Shown piece after piece: positions 12,037 through 23,211 of a stretch of DNA of 64,000 bases (the stretch's first letter is position 1; each line of letters opens with the position of its first letter). Source of the DNA: Rebecca billardiae RCC1528 (taxonomy: Eukaryota; Protista; Haptophyta); NCBI GenBank assembly GCA_965240325.2, contig OZ251227.1:744001-808000 (forward strand), in the 5' to 3' direction. Below the pieces are notes generated by a model. The model made no database searches. It had not been told where the DNA came from and was given only the letters and a program-made list of their open reading frames with translations. The translations under genes were made by a program, and so were the position numbers.

Positions 12037-13142
12037 GTGTCGGCAAGTTGTTGGCCCGCGTCGATCTCGGCTGACGTCGCGGGTTCAAGCTCCCATGTAC
12101 CTCCACACAGGATCGTGCTCGGGCGCGGAGGAAGGGCAACGCGCGCAGGGCGACACATCGCGGGTGATCCAAAAGCGGGCGGGGTGCTGCTGCAGCTCGT
12201 CCGTCAATCGTCGCGGCCGTAGTGTGGCTCCCGCGCACGGACCTGCTTTTGGTGGCCGCATGCACGGCGTGCGTGCAAGTGGTGCCGAGGGCGAAGAAGT
12301 ACTGACGACTGTGAGGTCAACCGCATGGCTGAGCCGAACTGGGAGACCGAGACTCGGAGAGCGTGGAGAGACCGAGACTGGCGACTGGCATCGACTGATT
12401 GGTCGACGGCGCGCGGGGCATGGTCCACCGCCGGCATCACGGGCGTCAGGCGCCGTTCATGCGTCGTCCTGCTGCGCCGTCGCGGGGTCGGCTCGGGACT
12501 CAGCTGGTTGGCCTGCGGGTCCGAGCGGGTCACGGCACCGCTCGATCACTCTGTCTGTCACTCCCAGTCCGCTCGGCCCACCGACGGCGGAGTCGGACTC
12601 ACCGGTGTCGCGGTCATCTGACAGTCGTCGTAGTCTGTCGAGCCACGCCAGACGAGGACTGACTAGCTATACTACTACTCCGGCGTCGTACGGCGGCGTC
12701 ACAGCACTCCGTGCAGCTTAGTCAGTGCAGTCGTGGCATGCGTGCGACGCCAGCCAATACGGTCGTCGCCTAATATAGCTGTGAATAACTCGTCCCCGGG
12801 GGCGCTTGTAACTACAGTACCCCCGTGGGTCGGCCGGTCAAAGTCGGAGACTCGCGTCGGAGAGTGACTACGCACTCACTACGCCGGCGCGGCGAGAATC
12901 GGACGTCACCGCTCGTCGTCAGCTGATGTCGCAGAGCAGCCTACTGACTGCTATACTGCTACGCACTACTAGTAAGTGCTGCTACTTTTCACAGTATGAT
13001 TGATAGTAAGCGCGCCCGGGCTGGCCGTGCCTGTGGTGCTCACCAGCGCCCAGCACCCGAGCACCGCCAGACGAGATGAGATCGCATTGATCGGGCGCCG
13101 ATCATCGCCATCGGTCGTCAGTCTCAGCCTCATTCTCAAGCG

Positions 13143-13291
13143 GGGACGTGACAATGATATATCTGTCAATCTGAGAATAGAACTGATGTGAACACCACGT
13201 CAGTGTGACAGACAGTGTCAGCCTCGCTTATACTTAGCAGGGACGTGACAATGATCTGTCAATCTGAGAATAACATCACTGATAAACACCA
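13143..13291. repeat. Diverged ~52-bp direct repeat, 2 copies
   Basis: GGGACGTGACAATGAT..CTGTCAATCTGAGAATA...ACTGAT..AACACCA at about 13143 and 13240. Confidence 0.7.
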
Positions 13292-14281
13292 ACAGACGTT
13301 GATCTGCCAAGCCGTCCTCGGAGCGCGCTCCTCCGAAGGCCGAATAACTCGTCCAAGTTGCCCCCCCAACCCCCCGGAGTGGCACGCAGTGTCACTCCGA
13401 ATCACCGACTACCGAGTGGAAGCCCGACGCGCCATGCCATCTGTGATCTGGCGTTGACGCGTGGCGTGGCCACCGCGGTGATCGCCACACTGTGCCGCAC
13501 GCCCCCCCCCCCCCTAATAGAATATGAAATTGAGACCGCAGACCGGCGCCCGCGGGCCTCACAATAAGTCACATCGCCGCGTGACTCGGCGGGCCGGCCA
13601 GATGGCACTCTAATCGGGCCGGCCGGTGCCGAATGTGATCACAGATCCGAAGGCCCAGGGGCACGGTGGCTGGTCAGGCTCCGTGTCATTCATTCAGTGA
13701 GCAATCGGATCGGTCGGGCTGAGCTGAAAGCACAGAGTTGACCCAGGCACGAGGCAGAGGCAGGCAGTCGTCGGCCGGGTCAGTCGGTACGCCAGTGCCA
13801 GCCTTCGCGGCCGAGTCGTTTCAACAGCAACACAAGAGCATGATTGTGATGACACCCAGTAGAACCGTCAGTAGCTTGACTGGCATGCACATACTGAACT
13901 CGATGTTAGATAGGCAGACGTACTTGGCGTGCATCGTCCTCGTGTCTGCAGGGTACTTTGTCGCAACTGGCCGTACTCCGAGCGCAGCCTCTGCTCGATC
14001 GAGAGCTGAGGACACGATGCCCGCTTTCGCGATGAGCGTGGCGGACACGACGGCTGCCACGACGCAGCTGGCCAGCAATACGCCAAGGCTCCTAGCAAGA
14101 GGCAACTGCCCTCGACGCTTCCGAGCGGGCACATCTCGCGGATCAGCATCGGGGCAAGGGCCTTGATCGGGGTCTGCTGCCGCCATCTTACAAGTATGAT
14201 ACTGGCAAAGACGTAAGGTACGGTTACTACTGTACGGTACCATAGTGCTGTGCAATCAGTGGCCACCCACGGACGTGGCGG

Positions 14282-15371
14282 CAAGGGTGGTCAGGGTCGC
14301 CGACTCCAGCGGAGTCCGGCGCCGGAGGTTCACCTACAGATTTTTGCAGCGGAGCGGCCGCGCGGGGCCGCCGCCGCTGTGGCGGGCCGCTTGGGGCGTG
14401 CACGGCGTGGGCTCGTGCGGCCGCTGCTGCGCACGCCGAGCGATCTAGCGCGGTCTCGCGGCTTGTTGATGGCCTCGCGCGCCGCAGCGCGCCGCGCGCC
14501 TTGCCTAGCTTCACAGTCTGTCTCGCGCCTCGGCCGCCGTGCACGCATGCGGGGCCAAACCGCAAGCTCGGCGTGCCTCTCAGCCGAGCGTGCACGTGCC
14601 TTGCGCGACGCGACGCGGGCATTGCCGCCGGGCGATGTAGCCGTAGGGTGGGCGCGCGACGTGAAGCCTCGGCGCGGATCGAGAGTGTCTTCAACGTCTC
14701 GGTCAGCTGTCGACAACTGCTGACGCATCAACCACCAACGGACATCACGGTCCTCCGTTGAACGATGGGATATCGCGACGCTGCGACTCGTGAAGACTAG
14801 TCGAGCGTTGTAGTCAAAAATACAAACGCCACTATGACGTGTGTGTGGGCCTTGCGTGACGATGCGACGTGACGATCGCCCCGGCAAGAGAGTCAGTCGT
14901 GCAGCTTTCAGCACTGCTCAACGCACAGACGGTCCACACGCGTACGCGGCATCATTTCATTGTTCTCGATCCGCGCCGAGGCTTCACGTCGCGCGCTCAC
15001 CCTACGGCTACATCGCCCGGCGGCAATGCCCGCGTCGCGTCGCGCAAGGCACGTGCACGCTCGGCTGAGAGGCACGCCGAGCTTGCGGTTTGGCCCCGCA
15101 TGCGTGCACGGCGGCCGAGGCGCGAGACAGGTGAAGCTAGGCAAGGCGCGCGGCGCGCTGCGGCGCGCGAGGCCATCAACAAGCCGCGAGACCGCGCTAG
15201 ATCGCTCGGCGTGGGCAGCAGCGGCCGCACGAGCCCACGCCGTGCACGCCCCAAGCGGCCCGCCACAGCGGCGGCGGCCCCGCGCGGCCGCTCCGCTGCA
15301 AAAATCTGTAGGTGAACCTCCGGCGCCGGACTCCGCTGGAGTCGGCGACCCTGACCACCTGACCACCCTTG
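14282..15371. mobile_element. P-like foldback element (1090 bp, ~400-bp inverted arms)
   Basis: Arms ~14282-14684 and ~14964-15371 are reverse complements. Ends CAAGGGTGGTCAGG...CCTGACCACCCTTG. 7-bp TSD GTGGCGG/GTGGTGG with one mismatch. Confidence 0.85.
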
Positions 15372-16415
15372 GTGGTGGCGGAGTGATGGGGTGGCCTCCA
15401 GATTGACCGGGAAGGGCGCCATGGCGGGGTGAATGCCCGTCCCACCGCGATCTAAGGCCCCAGCGCCACGGCCCGGTCACCGGGGCGTAGCTTAGGCAGG
15501 TCGGCGTCGCCGTACGAGCGCGTGTGCGTGAGTGACAGCTTCCCTTCTGACCTTTCGACCACTCTCACGTTCACGTCCGCGCCTTCGTACGACCGGCGCG
15601 CCGGTGAGGCTTTGCATGGGAAGGATGGGCAAGTAGCGCCCGTGATCACCGTTCTGAAGGCCATACTGTCCTCTGGGGCATGCATTGCGACGGTGTATGC
15701 CTTGCAATGGTCTATCTGACCCTACAAGCCGTGGATCTGACGAGCAATGTTGGCTGCGCGGTAGTCGTGCGACCGCCATCCGACACGGCTGCCGTGCGAA
15801 CACGTTTGGCGTGTGCGCGCCTGTCAACAGCAGGGCGAGCATCGACCGACATGGCTAGCGAGGTGATCAGGGCTGGCTACAACCTTCTCTCGGACCACGT
15901 CACGCCACTTGGCGACCTCGCCACCGCTCAATGCCCGTCCAGAGGCACGGATGTGCCGCACTACCTGGCCAGCCACCGCCAAAGTGGGTGCCACCATCTG
16001 GACCCCCCTGTAGTGGGCCTGACCTGTCGTCGTCGTCGTCGTCCGGAGAGCGGTCGCGGTCGGGGAGCCTTCCTCGTCACTCTACTCGTGACTCGTCCGG
16101 CAGCCAGAGCTCTTACGAGACTGGCAGCCCGACATTGATGCGTGTACTGTATTATCATACGTTGAGTGTTGGCGGCGCGGCATTAGGCATATATGTAGTT
16201 GAGCTGAACCTGCGTCGTCACGGCAGTGACCTACACTTCACAGCAGCACGGTTTGTGGTGGCCATTCTGCCCGTGCATGTGCATGCGAATAACGGTGAAT
16301 GAGTCGGTTGTGCGGCGCGGCCTTGCGCATTTTCTTATTGCCAAGGCCGCCGCGGCGCATAGTCACTGGTCTACACTGAAAATCGACCCGACAGCCGCGT
16401 TATTATTTGACAACG

Positions 16416-16418
<3 letters not shown>

Positions 16419-16510
<92 letters not shown>

Positions 16511-16511
16511 T

Positions 16512-16543
<32 letters not shown>

Positions 16544-16636
16544 TGTATGTATGTATGTATGTATGTATGTATGTATGTATGTATGTATGTATGTATGTAT
16601 GTATGTATGTATGTATGTATGTATGTATGTATATAT
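16419..16636. repeat. Compound (TA)n-(TATG)n microsatellite
   Basis: Directly visible. Confidence 0.95.
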
Positions 16637-17162
16637 GTGGCGTTATTGGCACAATAACCGAGCAGTGTCTATAGGAGCGACACCAAGATCCGGCTCGCTT
16701 GGCATCATCAATCAGCTGTCCGGCCGGGGCCGGCGCCGCCCGGCACACCTTTTCGGCAGCCAATTCCGGTCGGCACCGCCTGCAGGACTTGCTCGGCGAT
16801 TCCTGTGTCATCAAAGGCGACGCTTCGTCTGGCTTCGGCGCGGCTCAGCCCAAGGGACAGGGGCGTCACGACACAGGCGTCGAGCCGGGCAGGGGGGCCA
16901 TGACACCGCACGCTACGCTCTCCTCCGACCACTCATGTGAGTTCGGCACATAGGAGGTGTACGCCCCTCACCCTCATCTAAGTGCTCCGGAAGGCACTCG
17001 GCCGCGGCGGCATCTGCCGTCGCCACCGCGTGACCCAGGGCGAGGCGGTGCTCCATGACCATCCCTGCCCCGCTCCCGTAGGGGGGCAGGGCTGCGGGTG
17101 GCGCACTGCCTGACCTGGTCGGAAGGCGCGGACGCATTCTACAGTGCGTGTCTGCTTGAGCC

Positions 17163-17194
17163 TGACGCCTGCCCGTTGCATGCCCCGACGTTAA

Positions 17195-17243
<49 letters not shown>

Positions 17244-17290
17244 TATATATATGTTTATACATATACATACACACACACACACACACACAC

Positions 17291-17327
<37 letters not shown>

Positions 17328-17600
17328 TAGCCGTCGTCGGCTCGAAGCGCCTGCGGCATCTAGATGCAGCGAGGAGGCTAGGCACAAGCCGGACAGGGCG
17401 GAGACACGCGGCGAGACTTACCAGCAGGCGGGCGTTATCAGTTATGATACATTGTATGGGATTTGTGTTCCTCGGAAACAAAGTGCGAGCGGCAGCCAGC
17501 GCTCGGGCCTGAGCGCGCGGCAGGACGGGCCGCTCGACGCCGACAGACGCGCGGTGTGTTAAATAACGTCGATCGAGTGGTATGCATCGGGCAGGCGTCA
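17163..17600. repeat. Imperfect ~40-bp inverted repeat enclosing (CA)n/(TG)n microsatellites; possible MITE
   Basis: TGACGCCTGCCCGTTGCATGCC at 17163 versus GGTATGCATCGGGCAGGCGTCA ending at 17600. (CA)n at ~17197-17292 is followed by (TG)n to ~17326. Confidence 0.55.
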
Positions 17601-17623
17601 AAGTCAGAATGAGTCACAATATT

Positions 17624-17739
<116 letters not shown>

Positions 17740-18430
17740 TATATGTATATTCAAATAATATAGCACGGGCTACAGACGACGACACGACGGTCCGGTTACG
17801 ACTCGGTGTCTCGCCGAAGCCTGTCGAGTGTCTGTGTCTCGTCACTGTACGTGGCCGTGGGCCGTCAGGGTGACTAGCATAGCTAATAAGAGTAGTTTAA
17901 GGCTAATAATGATAGCAGCTATAGTGCCATTGCCCTGGCGCAGACATTCAGCATCAGTTCGCTCGATCGCTGATGATGGCGCGCGCATACAGTTACCACC
18001 GGAGGCAATAAGATTTGGCGCGCGGCCTTCATCTGATGAACTCCATCACCGGCCTTAATACCGGATAAGTCATATAAGACATCGTCATCATAAGTTCCGC
18101 ATCATCATCATCACTGGAATGGCAGCTACGATTTCATATTATCGCATCGACTTTGACCTGTATGCAGCTTTCACCTTTGACGTCAAAACTCGCGCGCCGC
18201 CGCGTGCCACGCGCCACGCGCCGCACGCCACGCACCACGCGCTGCTCGGTGCTCCTGTTGACGTGTAAGCGCAGGGCACCAGGTCGCAGCCGAGCTCACA
18301 GTCTGCGCACCGGGCGGCGCGCCAGCTAGTGTCGTCGACGAGCACGCGGCGCCATCACAGCGCGCGCCAACGAACAACCCACACGCCGCTCCCGAGAGCA
18401 GCACGCCTGTTGCCCACAACAATCTCCAGT

Positions 18431-20068
18431 TCACGCGTGTTGCGCACGACGCGCCTGCTGCGGCTGCCGTAACAGGCTCCCTCGCGCGGCGGGCGCCGTC
18501 GCGCGCGCCGCGGCCGGCGGGCTGAGCCCGAGCACGAGCCAGAACCAGCCCACGCCCACGCTGGCGCTGAGCGCGACTGCGCCGAAGTAGCCGCTCGGCG
18601 TGCCGTCGTACGCCGCGGTGGCGGCAGCGGACGCGCCGGCCATCGTGATGCACATCATCGTCATCGCCACGCCCTCCGCGGTGCCTGCGACGTGCTCCCA
18701 CTCGCTCAGGTAGAGCGCCTTGGCGGGCGGGTCCCACACGAAGCGCATCGTGTGGAGCACAACGGACGGCAGCGGCACCGCCCACCAGCCGACTGGCGCG
18801 CGGCGCGCGGCGGCGAGCGCGGCGAGCGCGGCGGTGAGCGCGTACGGCACCGTGCCCAGCTGCAGCACATCGAACGCGCGCACGCGCCTGCTCAGCGCGA
18901 GCGCGGCCGCGCTCCCGCCGATGCCGGCGAGGGGGAGGACGGTGAGGACCATCCCCGCGTGCACGGACGAGAGACCGTAGTGAGACATCAGCACCGCCGG
19001 CATCAGCGTGATCTGGACCGCCACGGTGCCCATCGTGAGCGAGACGAACACGCTCAGGCCGACGTACAGCCGCGAGCCAAAGAGCACGCGCACGTCCGCG
19101 CAGCGGGCCGGCCGGCGCGCGCCCCGCGCCTCCTCGCCTTCGCCTTGCGCGGAGGCGGAGGACGTCATCGAGGAGGCGGAGGCGGAGGCGCCTGCAGCTC
19201 CCGGCGCGGCCGTCTCGCCGGCAGCGAGCGAGCCGGCCGGCGGCGGCATGGCCGCGTCGCTCACCGACCGCGAGTCGCTGCGACTCGCCCGCTGCGCTGC
19301 GCTCAGGAGGCCGTGCGCGGGCGCAGTCTCCGGCAGGGCGATCAGCGCCAGCGGCAGCACGGCCGCCACGACGGCGCCGAGGAGGACGAAGACGGCGCGC
19401 CAGCCAAGCGTGCTGCCCACCGCCGAGCCGATCAGCGGCGCGAGGACGACCAGTACGGAGCGCGCCACACCTATCGTCGCGTTCACGCGCGAGCGTTCGG
19501 CGACGCTGTCGAGCATGTCGCGAGCTATCGTGCGCGCAAACACCTGCGCTCCCTGGCCGGTGCATTGCAGCGCGCGCCCGACGACGAGCCACGTGACCGT
19601 GGGCGCGCACGCGCATATCACCGAGCCGGAGACGAAGATGCCAAGCGCGGCAATCAGCGGCCCTCGCCGGCCGAGCGCATCGCTGATCGCGCCGGTGCCA
19701 AGCGTCGCGAGCGCGGCCACAATCCATCCGATCTGGAGTGTGCGCGAGACCTCCGCGAACGAGCAGTCCAAGTCGCGCATGATCGCCAGCATATTCGGCG
19801 TGTACATGTCGGTCATCACAGGCCCGAGCGCATCGGTGACCGTGATGATCCCCCACACCGCCCACGGGAGTGGCGTTCGCGCTTGCGGCTCCATCGCCAG
19901 CCCTCGGATGCATAGGAAGCATGTGTACGGCGAGCGCGGCGGTGCTGACATGGGCGAGCCGGTGAGGAGCGCCTCGAGCTCTTCCATCTCGTCGCCTTCG
20001 ACGACCGTCGGCGCCACCGTCGAGCCCTCCGCGAGCGGCACCACCTTGACGGGGGCTCCGGAGGCCAT
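18431..20068 (-). CDS. MFS transporter, DHA1 (Bcr/CflA-like) family; intact paralog
   Basis: TDMYTP (motif D-like), GAISDALGRRGPL (motif A), GRALQCTG, APLIGSAV, LPET, about 12 hydrophobic segments. Confidence 0.9.
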   Translation of the reverse strand: MASGAPVKVVPLAEGSTVAPTVVEGDEMEELEALLTGSPMSAPPRSPYTCFLCIRGLAMEPQARTPLPWAVWGIITVTDALGPVMTDMYTPNMLAIMRDLDCSFAEVSRTLQIGWIVAALATLGTGAISDALGRRGPLIAALGIFVSGSVICACAPTVTWLVVGRALQCTGQGAQVFARTIARDMLDSVAERSRVNATIGVARSVLVVLAPLIGSAVGSTLGWRAVFVLLGAVVAAVLPLALIALPETAPAHGLLSAAQRASRSDSRSVSDAAMPPPAGSLAAGETAAPGAAGASASASSMTSSASAQGEGEEARGARRPARCADVRVLFGSRLYVGLSVFVSLTMGTVAVQITLMPAVLMSHYGLSSVHAGMVLTVLPLAGIGGSAAALALSRRVRAFDVLQLGTVPYALTAALAALAAARRAPVGWWAVPLPSVVLHTMRFVWDPPAKALYLSEWEHVAGTAEGVAMTMMCITMAGASAAATAAYDGTPSGYFGAVALSASVGVGWFWLVLGLSPPAAARATAPAARGSLLRQPQQARRAQHA

Positions 20069-20336
20069 GAGCCCCTGCCACTTTTTGAGCCCTGTTTGAG
20101 CCTACTTTGGGCGGCTTGGTGCGAGGTAGTGATTGGCGGGCGCACACAGCGAACGCGTCAGACACGTAGGCGGGGTCGATGAGCCCCACCACCCGCCACG
20201 CGCCAGCCCCGTCCGTCCGCTGTGCGCGCGTGAGCCTCGGTAGCGCGGGGGCGAAGACCCCCGGTCTGATCGAAGGAATCAAGGGGGTAGGACCAAAGGA
20301 CCGCCACGTCTCCTGATTCGTCGGCGGCGGCAGTAG

Positions 20337-21455
20337 CAAGGGTAGTAAGGGTGAGCAACTCCGCTGGCGACAGCCGCGAAGGTCGGCAGCCCTCTGTTTG
20401 CCGCGAGAGGAGCGGAGCGAGTGCTATCAGCGGCGGAGGGCGCTGAGGCCGCGCACGGCGTGAGGCGCGGCGTCGGCCGAGTCGGTCCGCGGAGGATGCA
20501 CGGCGCTCGGCCCGCTGCGCAGCGGCAGTGCGCCTCACTTTGCCCCGAGCGCCGTCCTCCGCGTCGCCTCCTTCCCGCCTTGGAGCAGCACGCATGTGCG
20601 CGCCGCCACCTTGAAGGCGGCACGGGCTTGCTCAGACGACCGCGCGCGCGTGGCGCGCGACTTGGTCGGCTGCGCGCGCGCGCCGCCGCGGTGCGAGGTA
20701 GCGCCGCCGCATGCGCGCGCCGTGCCAGCGCGAGAGCGTGTGCGCGGACCTGAGTGCGACCTCACACACATGTCGAATGCTGCTTGGCATCCGACTTGCG
20801 GACTGACGGGAAGCTGGAAAAGACAGCGGCGTGAGTGTTGGTACCATCGATGCGGAGCCTTAGCGTCCACTTGCATTCGTGCTGAGAAGGAATAGACAAG
20901 ATTAGGCCTTCTCCTGGGTATCCAATGTCACTCAACACCTCGCTGATCGACCCGACGAGTGCCAGCGTGAGGCACAGCAAATCATTCGTGAGAGCAAGCA
21001 GACAAGCGAGCACTACGCTCATGAGATGGCCGTGAGCAAAGGCTCGCGCGGGCACGGCGCGCGCATGCGGCGGCGCTACCTCGCACCGCGGCGGCGCGCG
21101 CGCGCAGCCGACCAAGTCGCGCGCCACGCGCGCGCGGTCGTCTGAGCAAGCCCGTGCCGCCTTCAAGGTGGCGGCGCGCACATGCGTGCTGCTCCAAGGC
21201 GGGAAGGAGGCGACGCGGAGGACGGCGCTCGGGGCAAAGTGAGGCGCACTGCCGCTGCGCAGCGGGCCGAGCGCCGTGCATCCTCCGCGGACCGACTCGG
21301 CCGACGCCGCGCCTCACGCCGTGCGCGGCCTCAGCGCCCTCCGCCGCTGATAGCACTCGCTCCGCTCCTCTCGCGGCAAACAGAGGGCTGCCGACCTTCG
21401 CGGCTGTCGCCAGCGGAGTTGCTCACCCTTTATTTCTTTGCCCTTACTACCCTTG
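20337..21455. mobile_element. P-like foldback element (1119 bp, ~395-bp arms)
   Basis: Ends CAAGGGTAGTAAGGG...CCCTTACTACCCTTG. Perfect 7-bp TSD GCAGTAG at 20330-20336 and 21456-21462. Arms ~20337-20734 and ~21043-21455. Confidence 0.92.
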
Positions 21456-21572
21456 GCAGTAGTGCCCGATCGTCGACTGGGTCTGATTCCCGCTGCGGAG
21501 TTCCAGAGTTATCCGCCGGTGCAACGGGTGAGTGGTTGACGTGCGACGAGCCCATGCTTTGACTACTGGTGT

Positions 21573-22484
21573 GTGCTGAGCGTCTGGGTCGCAGCTGTGG
21601 CCACGCACACCGCTGCTTATGAGATCGCGGCCGCGCAATCATGTAGCACGGACTTATGCAGGCTGAACGAGGATCGCACCGCTCGCGCGCTCGATCGCCC
21701 TGCGGTTCGGTGCATTGCCCGCCCATCGTTGATGCACACAGGGCATTGCACGCGCTACTCGCCCGCGTCCTCGGGCGGAAAGCGAGCAGGGAATGCGTCG
21801 CAGTTCGGGCAGGACTTGCTGCTGCAGCATCTCTACTTTGGAGAGCAGATGCGCTGCGGAACATTTGTCGAGCTCGGCGCGCTCGACGGCATCTCTCATT
21901 CCAACACGTTGCTTTTCGAAGAGCGCGGGTGGCGCGGTTTGTGCATAGAGGCACAACCATGGCAATATAGGCAGCTCACCAAGAACAGGCCGCGCTGCGT
22001 GAACGAGAACGTGGCCGTGAGCGAGGAGCCAGGCAGCGTGTCGTTCACAATCACGTCAGAGGCCAGATTCGACGGCCTCAGCACTCACATCGACCTGGAC
22101 AAGCTGCGCCGGCATGGCGTCACTGTCAAAAAGGTGGTGCAAGTAGAGGCGGTGCCGATGCGGGAGCTACTCGCGCAGAACCTCAGAAAGCATGTGGACC
22201 TGCTTTCCCTCGACGTCGAGGGTGCCGAGTACAACGTGCTGCGCTCGGTCGACTTTGCCGCCACCACATTTGGTGTGCTGCTCGTCGAGCATGCTGATTT
22301 TCCGGATCCAAAGATACTCGAGCTGCTCGAGGGTGTCGGCTACCAGCTGCACGGCATGGTCGGTTTCGACTTCGTGTTTGCCAACAAGTGTCTCTTCCCC
22401 ACCCGCCCGTCGGTTGCGCAGTGGCTCCGAGCACTTCCCCGGTGGGCCGAGGCTGCCATGAAGGTCAAGGTTGACCTGCATTGA
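21573..22484 (+). CDS. FkbM-family (Methyltransf_21) methyltransferase; start uncertain
   Basis: SQFGQD, GTFVELGALDGISHSNTLLFEERGWRGLCIEA, VDLLSLDVEGAE. The nearest ATG (21554) is one base out of frame. Confidence 0.85.
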   Translation: MLSVWVAAVATHTAAYEIAAAQSCSTDLCRLNEDRTARALDRPAVRCIARPSLMHTGHCTRYSPASSGGKRAGNASQFGQDLLLQHLYFGEQMRCGTFVELGALDGISHSNTLLFEERGWRGLCIEAQPWQYRQLTKNRPRCVNENVAVSEEPGSVSFTITSEARFDGLSTHIDLDKLRRHGVTVKKVVQVEAVPMRELLAQNLRKHVDLLSLDVEGAEYNVLRSVDFAATTFGVLLVEHADFPDPKILELLEGVGYQLHGMVGFDFVFANKCLFPTRPSVAQWLRALPRWAEAAMKVKVDLH

Positions 22485-22837
22485 ATTATCAAGCTTTACT
22501 ATTACTAAGAGCAGCCGCGTGCGCAGCACATATACGCGTCCGCTCAACGCTGAGTCCAATCGTCGACTATCTATGTCTATTCACATTCACTCAGTCGCTG
22601 TTAGGCGGCGGCTCCCGGACGCGGTACGGCTCCGCGACGGTCCTTCCCGGCGGCCCCCCAGCTCCATTACGATTTACGTCGTCGTCTTGGCCCCGAGCCG
22701 TGTCCGTGAAGGCGAAGTCAACCCGAAGCGGACCATCAGGTGACCATGGGCAGGTGGCATGCACTTGCAGCAGAGTGACCAGAGTCCCTTCCGACCCCCG
22801 ATTGATGACTTCAACGAGAAATGTCGCATCCCGCGAC

Positions 22838-23042
22838 CACCTCGGGCCTCCCAATCATAGGTTCAGACTCTATTTTTACTATATAATTACCCATCCCTGA
22901 CTCAGATTTCAGCACAGTCCGGGAGCGTTCTGGATACCTGTAGGCTGCTGTATACATATGCGAAAATGGGACCCAGACTGGGTATTTAGTTATATAGAAA
23001 ACAGAGTCTGAACCGCTATGCCTATTGGTTCGGGCCAGGTGC
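22838..23042. repeat. ~200-bp imperfect palindrome, possible Tourist-like MITE relic
   Basis: GGTTCAGACTCTATTTTTACTATATAA (~22860) pairs with TTATATAGAAAACAGAGTCTGAACC (~22990-23014); outer CACCT/GGCC matches. Confidence 0.5.
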
Positions 23043-23211
23043 CGATGAGTGGCTGATTCGATCCATCTGGCCGGCCGTAATACGTCGTCCAAGGGACCGC
23101 CTGGGGTGGTCTAGGAGCTATCGTAGATCATCAGAGGCGGCGATCCCGCCGATTGCAGTGTCAAGATGTAGCGCTTATTAACACTAATCCAGTGACCGGA
23201 CTGGCCACTGG

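Noticed and set aside
13738-16140. Host genes flanking the first foldback element
   Set aside because: Short ORFs on both strands with no recognisable family; possibly decayed coding sequence, but not supportable.
18183-20339. 718-aa Arg/Ala-rich ORF and many similar overlapping ORFs
   Set aside because: Off-frame or antisense ORFs expected in high-GC DNA with few stops; no motifs.
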